64,000 nucleotides of DNA from the human T2T-CHM13v2.0 reference genome, Homo sapiens. The stretch is taken from the NCBI RefSeq assembly GCF_009914755.1, contig NC_060933.1, one strand, 5' to 3'. Of the stretch, positions 48,575 to 61,337 are shown piece by piece (the first letter of the stretch is position 1; every line of letters begins with the position of its first letter). The position numbers and the translations under genes are program-made. The notes beneath the pieces were generated by a model. The model did not search any database. It was not told the DNA's origin and saw only the letters and a program-made list of their open reading frames with translations.

Positions 48575-50984
48575 GTAACCTTTCTAACTTGGTTTTCTTG
48601 GATGCAGCGGGGGGCAGGCAGCAGAGATGGCCTTCTAGGGATGCTCTCTCAGAGTGGCAGTAGCACCTGTGCCTTGTTCCTCACCTTATCTTCAGGCAAG
48701 AAACCACAGTGATAACCACAGTGACAGCCAAAAGGGCAAAAACACCTTCCTGCTGGGAGTATTTCCTCCACCTGGAGGGAGGCAAAGGTGATGGATTCTG
48801 CAGTGAACATTTCCGTAGGGCTTCCCAGCATGGGGGATTTGTACATTCTGACAATTCTGCCACCCACAGCCTTGCGTAGACTGCATAGAAGGAATGAACA
48901 AGAAACAAAATGGGTGGGTGAAAGCAAATGTGAAATGTGGAGAGCTCTATGGCTGTGAGAGATTCTTTCAAGAAGACCAAAATGATTTCCAAAGCAGAAC
49001 ATGGAACTTCCCTTGAAATGGTTGAAGGGAGAGAGAATTCTTTAAAATAATGTATATTATACATTCTAATAATAGTCTCTATTATATATTCTAATAATAA
49101 TTAGAAAATCCATGGGCTTTGGATTTAAATTCTGGTTTTAGAGCCCACTGTGTTTAACCTCTCCATCCATTAAAAGAGATGATTGTACCTATGAGATAAT
49201 GGGTAAAGTGTCCAGTGGTTTTTCATAATGGATGCATAATGACTGCTCAATAAATGTTGGTTCCTGCTGATAAACAGTGATACTTCTTTTAAGTCCACTT
49301 CGGTCTTTCTTTGAGTTGCATTTACCCTTGGCCAATTAAAACACTGTTAAACAACAGCCTTCCTCTGCATTGGAAGGAAAAATATGTAGAATCTGTTTCG
49401 TCCTGAAAAGATTCAAGCTACAGGTGGATAGAAAAAGATTACTGGAGTACTCATTGCCAGTCTTGATTGGTGTTTCTACTGATCTTTCCATCTACTTCAT
49501 TCTTTCTCTCCATCCCTTCTTTTCATCCTCTTCCCTCCTATCTTCATTCCTTCGCCTCTGACCTTAGAAAGCCTTCCAATATTTGTCACATATGCCTCAA
49601 AAGCAATGAGTGTCATCTGTTGTCTTGCTGGGATGTCACTCACTCTGAAATGCTGAGTATTTGGGGGCCATTGGCAACACACCTCACATTGCCCCTGAGC
49701 CATTGCCTTTGGCCAATACATTTGTGACATACTCACCCATGTTCATGCAAACTCAATGGAAGGCTGGACATTTAACATGCACAGATTTCCCTCCTCCCCC
49801 TTGCACTCTAATGAGACATGAGATCGTTGCTGGCTAGGATGTCCACCTGCAAGCTGGGAGAAGTATCATAGGAACATTTAGGCAGGAATTCTTGGCCCGA
49901 GTGGTCCCGCCTGGTGTTCCGCCTCAGTCACCTGGCTTCCGGTCCCCCAGCCCATGTGTTGCGGTGGCTCTGTGCCCTATCACAGCTTGGTAAGGGGCCA
50001 TCAGCAGGGCTGCTGCCGAGCAGACATGGCGAGTCTTCACTTTCTGTGGTTGGTTCCCTTCTTTTCCCATATTGCTGCCTGGCAGGAACAGAGCTTTGAT
50101 GCCTAACAAGCTCAATGACTTTCCCTCCCTGAGCTGAGAACACAAGAAAGGGGGAAGCAAAGAGAGATTAAACACTACGACCACAAATACTCCCATAGCA
50201 TTCTACCCTCAACAAAGTGCCGCTTACACGCACAGTCACTTCATCTTCCAGCAACATTGTGAAGGATACTATTACTCTATTCCCGTTGTATGCCTGTGAA
50301 ACTTGAGAGTGAGACAAACTATTTTTAAAATAATTTAATGTACTTATTTGCCATCTACTTCATTTCACAAAGGTTTTAAGATATCTTAAAGACGTGTGTG
50401 CCGAACTATAGGTTTAAAAACAAATGAGGAAATTGGGGTAAATGCAAAATAAGAAGAAACTAGTGGAAAGTTCACCTCTAAGTATGAAAAAGCTAGCTGA
50501 GAGTTTGGATACCCAGTGGATACCATGAGGTGCCATGCCCTTGTTCACAGTGGGCTGCAGATTTCGCCCTGAGATTCCTTGCCTACCATGGTAGAAAAGA
50601 AACCCACAGAAGCAACCAGATTTCAACTGCTTGTTAGACTTTTTTGAACTGTCATTCAGGAAATTTTCAGGAATCCTAGACACTGAAACCTAGAGGAATT
50701 TGTCTAGCAGGTTTTCCTGAAGGGCACAGTGTGTGACGTAGTGCATATTGTGCCCATCATAAATACAATAGTAAGTTTTGCAGGGCACATGAGAGCTGGA
50801 ATCACTCACTCAAAGTCACCCAACTGGTAAGCAGTCAATCGCAGTCCTTTGATCCCATGTCTCATCACATTACCTGTCACTGGTTATTTGTGGTCTCTTC
50901 TGTTTACTTGTAAGGATCATTTTCAGAGTCCTTATCAAGGTCAGAAAACATCCATCTGAAATGAACATGAGCATTTGAGGATTA

Positions 50985-51260
50985 ATAGTAATAATAACAA
51001 CATTAACAATAATAACAACAATGGTTACTGTTGCCGGTTGCTTGCCTAGCAGGTACTGTGCTAAGTGCTTTACAGTATGTCATTTTATAGAATTCTCACA
51101 AAATCCTATGTGGTGGATGACTGTTATCCCCCATGATGAGGAAATAAATGGATTCAGAAAGGCTAACAACTTGACGAACATGAAATGTCTAGTAAGTAAT
51201 CCAGCTGGGATTTAAACCCAGGCTTGTCTGACCCACAGCTCTTGCCTTTACCCACCAGGC
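50985..51260 (-). mobile_element. MIR SINE
   Basis: 'caggtactgtgctaagtgctttac...gatgaggaaa...gggatttaaacccagg...tctgac'. Confidence 0.75.
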
Positions 51261-52101
51261 GTCACTCTCTCACCCTGAGAGAGGTAGTATCACCCTGTTG
51301 AGTGTTCTAGTAGCTGTGGCGGCTGAGTTCAAAGACAGAATTATCAGAGGAGGTCAGAGGGGAAGTCCACGGATCCACAGGCAGCAGAGTGCCTCAGGAC
51401 AGCCATGTATACCATCTGTGTCCCGGCCTGGCTTTGGTGTCCATCTCTACTCAAAATGGCAGCTCAGTAGGAAGCTGACCTTGACAAGTCGAGAGACAGA
51501 GCTGCATGTCTGCCTTGCAATTTTGAGTTGGGGCTGATCTCAAAGTAACAAGACATGGCTCCTTCTGCACCTGTCCTCTTCCTGCTCTATCCATGACATC
51601 CTTGGTCTCTCAGGTCCACAGTACAAGATCTTTCTGAGGTCTTAGTTAATTAAAGTATGTGGGATGAAAAGCAAGAAAACCAACTTCTGAACTGGCCCAG
51701 AGACAGAACTACTGCTGGCAGAAATAGAGTTTCCATTGCTTTTTGTCTGTATAAATTGATATATTTAAGTAGAGAGAGAATCTACTTCGCTCATGGGAAA
51801 TCTGAATATGAACTAATCAGGGATTTATGTTGGCCACAGCAAAAGAGAGTATGATGTTTACTCATGTGTTCAGCAAACATTCATTATTTGCTTGTTACGT
51901 GCCACGCTATGCTTGGTTCTTTGGGCAAAATGGGGAACATAAGACCCAGCACCCACTCTCCTCAGAGATGAGCATGTGCGTAGTATAGACAAGACAGTGA
52001 GTGATGGGTATCTAGGTATATTTCTGTTTGTAGTAGAGAGGGGTGGCTTTCAAACTGAGCCATGATAACATTTCAACAGGCAGAGAAGACTTAAGGCAGG
52101 G

Positions 52102-52543
52102 CATATTAGTTTGCAAGGACTATTGTAACAAGTGACCACCAAATGTGTAGATTAAAACAATAGAAATGTATTCTCTCACAGTTCTGGAAGCTAGAACTCT
52201 GAAATCAAGGTGTTGACAGAGCTGTGTTTCCTCTGAAGGCACAAGAGAAGGATCCTTATTTGCCTCTTCCTAGCTTCTGACAGCTCCCAGCGTTCCTTGA
52301 CGCTACTTGGCTTATAGCTGCATCACTCTCATGTTTGTCTCCATCTTCATATGGGCTTTTTCTCTATGTGTATCTCTTTGTGCCCTCTTTTCTTCTTATA
52401 AGAACACTAGTCATTGGGTTTAGGGCACACCCTAATCTAGTCTGGCCTTAACTGATTGCCATCTGCAAAGAACCTATGTCCCAATAAAGTCTGGGGTTCC
52501 AGGTAGACTTAAGTTTATGGGGGACACTCTTCAACCCACCACA
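52102..52543 (-). mobile_element. MLT1 (MaLR) solo LTR, MLT1C-like
   Basis: 'ttaaaacaatagaaatgtattctctcacagttctggaagctagaa...tgaaatcaaggtgttg...gggggacactcttcaacccaccaca'. Confidence 0.85.
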
Positions 52544-53008
52544 CGAGGGAAGAGACAATTTAATAAACCACTGAGGTCGGTGGAAGCAAGACATGTTTGC
52601 AGAATGTTATTAGACATTTCCGGGGTCCTGAAGAGAATAGGAAGCATACCAGAGAAGTATGTTCTGGCCAAAGTATGAAGCGCCTGGATACTAATATAGA
52701 AGTTGGAACTTTAGTCAGTAGACAGATGGGAAGCCAGGACAAATTCTGATCAGGTTACTGATGAGACACTTATTGAATACTAATTTAGCAAAGGTTGAAG
52801 CAAAGGATTGGTAGACCCATCTCATTCAGGAACTGTGAACTTAGGTCAGATCAACGTTTGGTGAGATTGACCATGATTTGATGAGTTTAACTAGGGAAAA
52901 ATTAAGCCCTGAACTTCTCTTTCAAGGATGAAGTCAGTGGTAGGACTTTTGGTAGGTTTTCATTCATGCAACAAATATTTATTGAACACCCACTATATGC
53001 CAGCCTTA

Positions 53009-53877
53009 TTTTGTTTTTGGCTTTTTGAAGGAGACTTTTTATTATTTTTATATACAGAAAACTGAACAGTGTACATTTAACCCAGTTTAGTGGCAAGTCT
53101 TTTAGCTTCTGCCTCTTACAGCTTGGCAACACAAGCCACAGATTTTGGACCAAGGACCTTGCCTCCTCAGTGATGTGGGATCTCATCATATCTGTCATTA
53201 TAATTGGTCCTGATGGCTTCTACCAGCTTAGCCAAAGCGCCTTTGTCTTCCAAGTTAATGTGTGTGAAGGCAACAGTAGTGCAGATCTCCCTGTGGACTA
53301 GACACCCCAATTTGGCCATCTCCTTGATCATACAATAGGGGACTCCCTTCTTAGGACTCAGGGCAAGCGGGAAGACAGCCAGCTCCATGGGATCCACATC
53401 ATGTGCAGTCACCATCGGCTGAGCTTTCTTGTTCTCTACTGAGGTGGTAAGAGTATTAACTCCTGCTGGAAGGACAGGTGGCCTCTTCGTGGGGACATTC
53501 CCTTTGCTGGCAGCTTTCTTCTCAATGCAGGCCAACAATCTTCTTCTCTTGCTTTGTCTCTAGCCAGTTTAAGCAGTTGAGTAGCTGTTAGGGGTCCAAG
53601 TCATGGGTGAATTGGTTAATCACAGGAGTCATTCTGAGCTGCTTATAGGGTAGCCCTTTACTACTATAGCCAGAAGTAGTGGGAATATTTGACAAAAGGA
53701 CTAAGGTCCCTTTGGGGCTGGAGGTCCTGTCTTATGCCAACATTCTTAAGCCTTTTCTCGAACAGGGGATTCACCACCCTCTTGGCCTCCTACTTTTTAA
53801 TGACAGCAGGAGCCAAGGCCATCTTCTTCCCCTTGGCCTTTTTTTCTTTTGACATCTTGGGCAGCTGGAGGAGAAAG
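53009..53877 (-). pseudogene. Processed pseudogene of ribosomal protein L7a (RPL7A), full-length retrocopy
   Basis: Intronless. Minus strand reads CTTTCTCCTCC (5'TOP)...ATG at 53855, MSKEKKAKGKKMALAPAVIKK then a premature TAG. ORF 53167-53538 matches RPL7A ([33 protein letters not shown]). Parental stop TAA at 53077-53079, 3'UTR and decayed poly(A). Confidence 0.93.
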
Positions 53878-55679
53878 CTCTAGCATTGTTTTAAGCTGTA
53901 GGGATACAGCCATGAAGAGTCAGGCAAGGTTTCTGCACTGAAGGAATTTGAACTTGAACGAGAAGAGAGACTAAAAAACAGGTGAATAAATAGTTTTATG
54001 AGGGTATTCCTATTGAGTTGATCACCATTGGAAGCACAATGTTTCATGCTTAGCTTTGCCCATGTATATGTATCTTGCACATCCATAGTGAGCCTTAAAA
54101 ACTGGCCACAGATTTTAGGGATGAAACACAGTTTTGCCACATATTTACATTGTAATTTTGGAACCATGTAATCACTGCTATGGGTCTTTAATTGGCATAT
54201 TAACTTAAAGTTTCTGTTTCCCAATACATAGACAAATGCCGCATTTAACTGAACCTTGCAAGTGGGAGCCTTGGGAACGGAAATAATCTCCCCTAATTTA
54301 TCTGATCAGTGTCATTTTTCTTGAGAATAAAGTCTACAGTGAGATTGCCAATCTTTAATTTTATTCAGTGAAATTACATGTTTCCTTTCAACTTCTCCAA
54401 ATACCTTTGCCTGATAGAATTAGAGGTGCCATTTCCAGTTCCTTCTAGCTTGAGGATGGCAGCCTGGCTAACATCAAAACCTCATACTTCCTACCAGGAA
54501 CTGTTTTGCTTGTGTTTATGTTTGTCTATTTATGGCTATGTTTTGGGATGATTTATATAAAAATAATGTTATTTTCTTCATAGCTTTCTCTAATACTCAG
54601 ACTTTGTCACTTCTTTGCTTTGGTGCAAAGAGGGACTCAGTCCTCTAGAGTGGCAATTTGCACGCAAAGTTTTGGTGGAGTGAAGAACTTCCAATCTCAT
54701 TGCTTCATGTAGACTTGGCATGTTCTGGGAAGGAAACCCACCTATGTTGTGGTGTGCCTTTCAGGAAGGATTTTTGCTAGTTGAATCTGGGCTCTGCAGT
54801 GGTGTGGTTTCTCGCCAATTTGAGCAGAAGTGAACCCTCTGTATTGCAGCTGTGCAGAATTTTCCACTGACCTCCATGGAGGCTTGAAAGCATGCTATTC
54901 TCAGCTCTTGTTGCACCTTAGTACACATGTGCTTCAATGTGACATTACTCTCGGGCCCAACCTCTTCGGTTTTATGTCCTGCTGCAGTACCAAGCATCTT
55001 TTGAGTAGGAGGAGATGAGAGACACAATCCATCTTGTAGTTGAACTGGTGAAGTCATAATATTTTTGCAGCCAGTGCTAGAAGCTGAGTCACAATGAGTG
55101 TGATTCAGGCCTTGAGTTTTCACCCAAGGTAATTTTGAGAGGTGTGAAGTCAAAAAGACCCACAGTTGTCACTGCCCCCATAGAAAAAGCCCTGAGCACT
55201 GAGCTTCTGTAACCAAGGCAGAGCCCAGTCTATACCTGGAACCATTCCAGTTTTTAACTTTTATGTCTTTCATTTGCCTCAAGAATGAATGACCTCATTC
55301 AGAAAACGCTGTCAGTCATTTGCCCACCTTTTAAAGTCTGTCTTTTTTTATTTTTATCTTGGTCATGTTAACCATGTTTTTAGAAAGGGGAAAAAGCTAA
55401 CTTTTTTTCTAAAATTAATATCTCAGTAAAAACTCACATAATTAAGATATTTGGTAGACTGGCATTGTCTTAGTTTGGAAATGGGAAGTTCTAGATTTCA
55501 GATTTAAGTTCAGCAGGGATTTGACCCTTTCCTCAAATGTAGAAGGTGCTTGAAAGACATTCAGATATAAAGGGTTACCTTAGAAATCTGTAGCTTTTGC
55601 ATTTTTTAAATATTATGAATGAAAGGCTTATAAGCACACACATACAGACTGGAGAGTTCTTATCAGGGGTCCAAGAGGA

Positions 55680-55900
55680 GGGCCCTGGCAGAGATCAGAA
55701 GACCTGTGTTCCCAGGTCACAGCTTTGTGCTGAACCAGAGGTGTGACTTTGAGGAAGTAGCTTAATTGATCAGTTCTCGGTTTCCACATCAACAAACTGA
55801 AGAAAATAGAACTGACTTTGCAGGGTGTTATGAGAACAAAAAGTTATGTCAAGGGTAGAACACCTAACGGTGCTTGAACCGTAGCGAGCACTTAATAGTC
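55680..55900 (+). mobile_element. MIR SINE
   Basis: 'cagaagacctgtgttcc...gtgtgactttgaggaagtagcttaa...ctcggtttccacatc'. Confidence 0.6.
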
Positions 55901-56509
55901 TGCAGTGGTGTTCACATGAATAATTACTTGAACTTCAGGGTGTTATTCTGACTATTCATGACTTTGTGTAAAATTCACTTAGACACACATAGTGAAATTG
56001 GAAACTGCAAAGAAAACCAACCTAAGTGGTAGAGGAATTGAAAAGGAGGCTCATAAAAAAGTTTGAAAGAACTGATTATTAATTGTGGAGAAGTGAAGAC
56101 TGGAGAGTCACTGAATGACTATCTTTGAGGCGTGTGGGACATCATTATATGAAAAATGATACCGGGCTGTTCTTCTTCACCGTAGAGGTCAACGGAACCA
56201 AGGCAGGCAGGACAGGGCAAAGCCAAAGAATGAAAGTAGAAACAGTAGAGATGATAACATATAAATGAGGAACTAAAATGTAGAGAGAGCAAGGGGGATG
56301 CAGTCCCAAGGAAGATGCCAGTAAAGTTCATGTCAACACTTCCCATGAACTCCTAAGGTCTAAAGGCATATCCCCAGCATGGGGGCAGTTCCCCGTGGTT
56401 CAGCCTGCATGCCCCATCTCTTGCTGTTGACACTAGCTTGTTCATGGGTTCTGTCCATGAGTGCCTTACCCAGCGTAGTTGCAGTTAATGCCTGGCACTT
56501 TGCTTAGAG

Positions 56510-56724
56510 CAGTGATTCTCAGCTGAGGTCAATTTGCCTCCCCAGAGTGTGTTAGTCTGCAGGCATTTTTGGTTGTCACAGCTGGAGAGAAGGGGGTGCT
56601 TTTGACACCTAGTGGGTAGAGGCCACAGTTATTGCTAAACATCCTGCAATGCACAGGCTGGCCCCCCACAACAAGGAATTATCCTGTCCCAAAATTTCAA
56701 TAATGCTACTTTTTAGAAACCTTG
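56510..56724 (+). mobile_element. MER20 (hAT-Charlie DNA transposon)
   Basis: 'cagtgattctca...catttttggttgtcaca...tagtgggtagaggcca...tgctaaacatcctgcaatgcacagg...ccccacaacaaggaattatc...agaaaccttg'. Confidence 0.88.
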
Positions 56725-57859
56725 AGTTACAAGAATAGAATATCCTAGCATGAGCTCCTTAAGATTTACTAGTTTATGCCAAAGCATTTTTTTTTCTCCG
56801 TTTACACCAAACCATACAACTGAATGGTTAGAGGACTTAAACAGTTGCTATTCTAAAAAAATGTGTGGATTACATTATAATCATGTGTTTCTTAGCTGTC
56901 TGCTATACTTGGGTTTAAAAATATTTATATTTCTAAATAAGCAACTGATTCTTTGTATAGGGAAAATAACATGCATTAGAGCTCCAGGGAGTATGTTGCA
57001 GATACCACCTTCCACGCTTCCTCTGCCCAGCATTTTGCGGGCCGATTAATCGCTGCCTTCAAGGACTCCCAAGGCAGTGACTGCCCTACAATCAGAGTGT
57101 TGTGGTTGAGACTAAGGCATGACATTGGGTGGGGAAAATTCCCTAGAGCCTGCACACTGGCCAGCAACAAAGGGAGGACTCTAAAGAGTGAGTCGCATCG
57201 GTGTACAACGTACCGATGCCCTGGAAACGTTGCTATTCAGTGACTCTGGGAATAAATCATGCTTTCTTGACTTAATAATACATTGCTGTTTCTAAATAAT
57301 ATAAGTATATGTTGTGTGCGTCCATTTGTAAACTTTCTGAGTCTTCTGAAATCCAGACACAGCATGAAAACACATGCTATATTTGATTCTTGCATAAATA
57401 GCACAGATTTTAATTTTATCCCAGTTATGGATATCTGGCGTGTGCGCTGATACTCTGGGCAGACTGGTGTGAAATTTAATTTGAGCAGTTAAACACAAGG
57501 GTGAGAGAGTGCAAAATAAACAAGCACACGCATTTCCAGCCCTACAGCATTTGGTATGTTAACGGGAAAAGCACCCAAATCCTCTCTCTCTTTTATTTTT
57601 TCCCTCTGACAATCAGATTACAGACTGTCTAAAAAGACACAAATCCTCCCTGTCTCCTGCGCAACCCCACCTCCCCCGATTGTTGCCTGCAGTCATTTCA
57701 TTTGTGAGCTCTTCATAGTTGGAGTTTTAGTGAATGAAAGTGTACAGGTTTGCTTTCAGACTTGATATTAGATGAGAAATCCCCTTAGTTTCAAAAGGAG
57801 GGAAGAGTCTCTTTGAGAATACCTTAGAAGGGGAAATGAGAATGGAATTGGAAATAGTG

Positions 57860-58060
57860 AGAAATAATAGATTTACAGTTAAGCAGACCTGGTTTCACAT
57901 CTCTGCTTTGCCAACTGCAATGTCTATGACCTTTGGAGAGTTACTTAAAGACTCTGTTGCCCATTTGTACTTATTTGTAAAAATGAGAGTAACTCCAGCC
58001 TCATAAAGTTGCTGATAGAAAGGTACCAGAACATAGGTGCCTGGTGAATGTCAGTTTCTT
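57860..58060 (+). mobile_element. MIR fragment
   Basis: 'cagacctggtttcacatctctgctttgcca...tgacctttggagagttacttaa...tgtaaaaatgag'. Confidence 0.6.
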
Positions 58061-58487
58061 TCCCCATTAAAGACATCTGTAAGTCCAGCCTCAGTTGCAC
58101 TTGCTGAGGAAGGAAGGCATGCTAATGGTTGTTGTCAGTAATCATTAATGTTGGTAAAAATTGCAGCTACTTCTATTCCTCCCCCTTGCCTTAATCACCT
58201 CCATTCAGGAATTAGCAAGCACCTACTAGCCCACCCCACCTCTATTTATAGGTCATTCTGGGTATTAAGTACACAAAGAGCTTTTGGTCTTAAAAACACC
58301 CACTCATTCCTGAGGAATATGTTGTTTGGGGGTTAGGGGAGGGGCAGGGTGCATGTGTGTCAGTTCAAGGAACCAGATCCACGAGGAGCAGCAAGATTGG
58401 GTGAGTTTCTTCTTGTATTCCAAAGAAAGAACTTCTGTTTTGCCATCAGTAAAAATTCCCATCTTTCCATTCAATTTGTTTCCACAG

Positions 58488-58711
58488 AAGAGCGTGTTGT
58501 CCCCATTGAAGTTTGCCGGTCCAAACTGTCCAAATACTTGCAGGGAGTAGTTTTCCGCTGTGATAAGTGTACCTTCACCTGCTCCAGTGATGAGAGCCTC
58601 CAGCAACATATAGAAAAGCACAATGAACTGAAACCTTACAAATGCCAGCTCTGCTACTATGAGACCAAGCACACGGAGGAACTGGACAGCCACCTTCGGG
58701 ATGAGCATAAG
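58488..58711 (+). CDS. ZNF462: ZNF462 coding exon 10 (224 nt; EERVVPIEVC...LRDEHK)
   Basis: Acceptor tttccacag|AAG (NAGNAG), donor AAG|GTACTT; phases 1/0; two fingers FRCDKC and YKCQLC. Confidence 0.94.
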
Positions 58712-59103
58712 GTACTTACCAGGACTTCCTGCTCCCGCCTCAGCACACTTGTGGGGAGGGGCCAAGGGGGAGACACCACTGCATTTAGTCACGACCACTG
58801 TGTACCAGATGGAGATGTGGACTCAAAGAGCTTTTAAAGTGAGGTCTAGTTTCTTCTATTAGAAACGTAAGGTCATTTTTAAAAATTGCGAAACACAGGT
58901 TGGGTGGAAGGGAAATCACCCATAATTCTACCACACTAGTCCAAATGCTGAACATTTCTGGTCTGTTGTCTAGACCCACTTTCATTTGTTTTACGTAATT
59001 GTGATTATACTATACATAAAACATGATACCTTACATTTTTTAAAGCTTATTCTAAAAGAAGTATTTTGCTATGTTATTTGAAATGTTAATACATTTTAAA
59101 TGA

Positions 59104-59513
<410 letters not shown>

Positions 59514-60569
59514 TTCTGATAGAATTACCTCTGTGTTCCTCAATCGTGTAGGTGGTTTCCAATATTTTGCTAACTACAAAGATTTGTCAAGGCATTACCC
59601 AGTATGTCTGAACATTATAAGGATTGTAAAATATATGTTTTGGGAGGAAGGAGACTCGAGAATGAATACATTAGTACAGGACATAAAATAGAGGATTTGT
59701 GAAAAAAAATTCTCTTCCAGAGGTTTGCCGATCAGAGGGTAGAAATCACACAGGACAACTTCCTCACTCTGCACAGGGCTCATCTGGCATCTCATGAACT
59801 GAGATGATCATTTCTGGTATTGCCCAGAGTACAGAAGGAGCTATAATTAGTATTTGTTTAATGACAAGAGCCTATCAAAATGCTTTTTAATTAGCCAACA
59901 AGTCCAAAATATCTATTGAGTATTTACTGAAGGCACAAGGAGAAGCACTTTTGATATTGTTTGCTTTTTCCTTGCTCTGTATCCTCATGAGTGGAAATAT
60001 AGTCCTTCTTTTCTGGCCTTACAAACCCACATTATAAAGAATTTAGTCTGAATCATCTGCACCCATGGGTTAGAATTGTTCTGTGGGGTGTTGAGAGAGA
60101 AGGCTGAGCTTTGTCACCTGTCCACAATGGACCAGTTTAATGGTAACTTCTCTGCTTTGGAATGCACTTATTTTCCAATGTGTCTGCCCGAGAAAATGAA
60201 GCAAAGAGGAAAAGCCTGAATTACCTCACTTAAAATTTTTCATATCCTTTCTTTTTCAAACTTCCTGGGCATTTCTTCCCCAAACTTAAGGGTAAATTAC
60301 TCATCTTTTTCAAACAAAGCTTTCTATAATTATTCACATGTATCTTATTTACGTAACTACCTCAGACCTTTTTATTACAGTGTTTAAGCCTCCGGGCTGA
60401 TATTTTCAGACAGAACAAATCAGAAAGAAGATTCTTCTCTAGTTGTTGCACGGTAGCTTGCAAATCACTGAGGAAATCCAGAAAATGTTAGAAACCATAG
60501 AACCAGAGGGTTCCTCAGCAGTGGGCGGAAGGCTGAGGCTTTGAGGTATGGATCATGGAAATGAGTTGC

Positions 60570-60800
60570 TCAGGAACATAGGGCCCAATTAAGAGCTTTT
60601 GAACCAAAAAGATCTGGGTTTTAATCTTGTCTCCACCATTTACTGTGCATATTTCAACAAATTACTTAAATTTCTGGGTCTGTTTTCCAGTTCGTAAATG
60701 GGAATTGTTATACCTTTCTCAGAAGTTTTGTAAGATTAAATGAAGTCCTGTATCTCCTCCACTTTGAGACCCAATACATTCCTTAGAGTATTTGTTAATT
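60570..60800 (+). mobile_element. MIR fragment
   Basis: 'ttaagagc...ctgggttttaatcttgtctccaccatttactgtg...caaattacttaa...taagattaaatga'. Confidence 0.6.
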
Positions 60801-61278
60801 GAATTGTGTTCAAATATAATAATAGATGTACCTATCATAATGGCAGCTGTGTTCCCAAAGACCTAAAACATATTACAAAACCACTAATTATACTTTGCAT
60901 CTTAGACACGGTCTTTTTTAAAAATTATTTTTCCATTGAGTATTGCGATACAAGTGGCATTTGGTTACATGAGTAATTTCTTTAGTGGTGATTTGTGAGA
61001 TTTTGGTGCACCCATCACCCCAGCAGTATACACTGCACCCTATTTGTAGTCTTTTATCCCTTGCCCCCCTCCACCCTTCCTCCCAAGTCCCCAAAGTCCA
61101 TTGTATTATTCTTAGGCTTTTTTTCCTGATAGCTTAGCTCCCACATATCAGTGAGAACATACCATGTTTGGTTTTCCATCCCTGAGTTACTTCACTTAGA
61201 ATACTAGTCTCCAGTTTCATCCAGGTCGCTGCACATGCCATTAATACATTCCTTTTTATGGCTGAGTAGTATTCCATC

Positions 61279-61280
<2 letters not shown>

Positions 61281-61336
<56 letters not shown>
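61281..61336. repeat. (AGAT)14 perfect tetranucleotide STR
   Basis: Directly visible, inside the L1 3' region. Confidence 0.95.
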
Positions 61337-61337
<1 letters not shown>

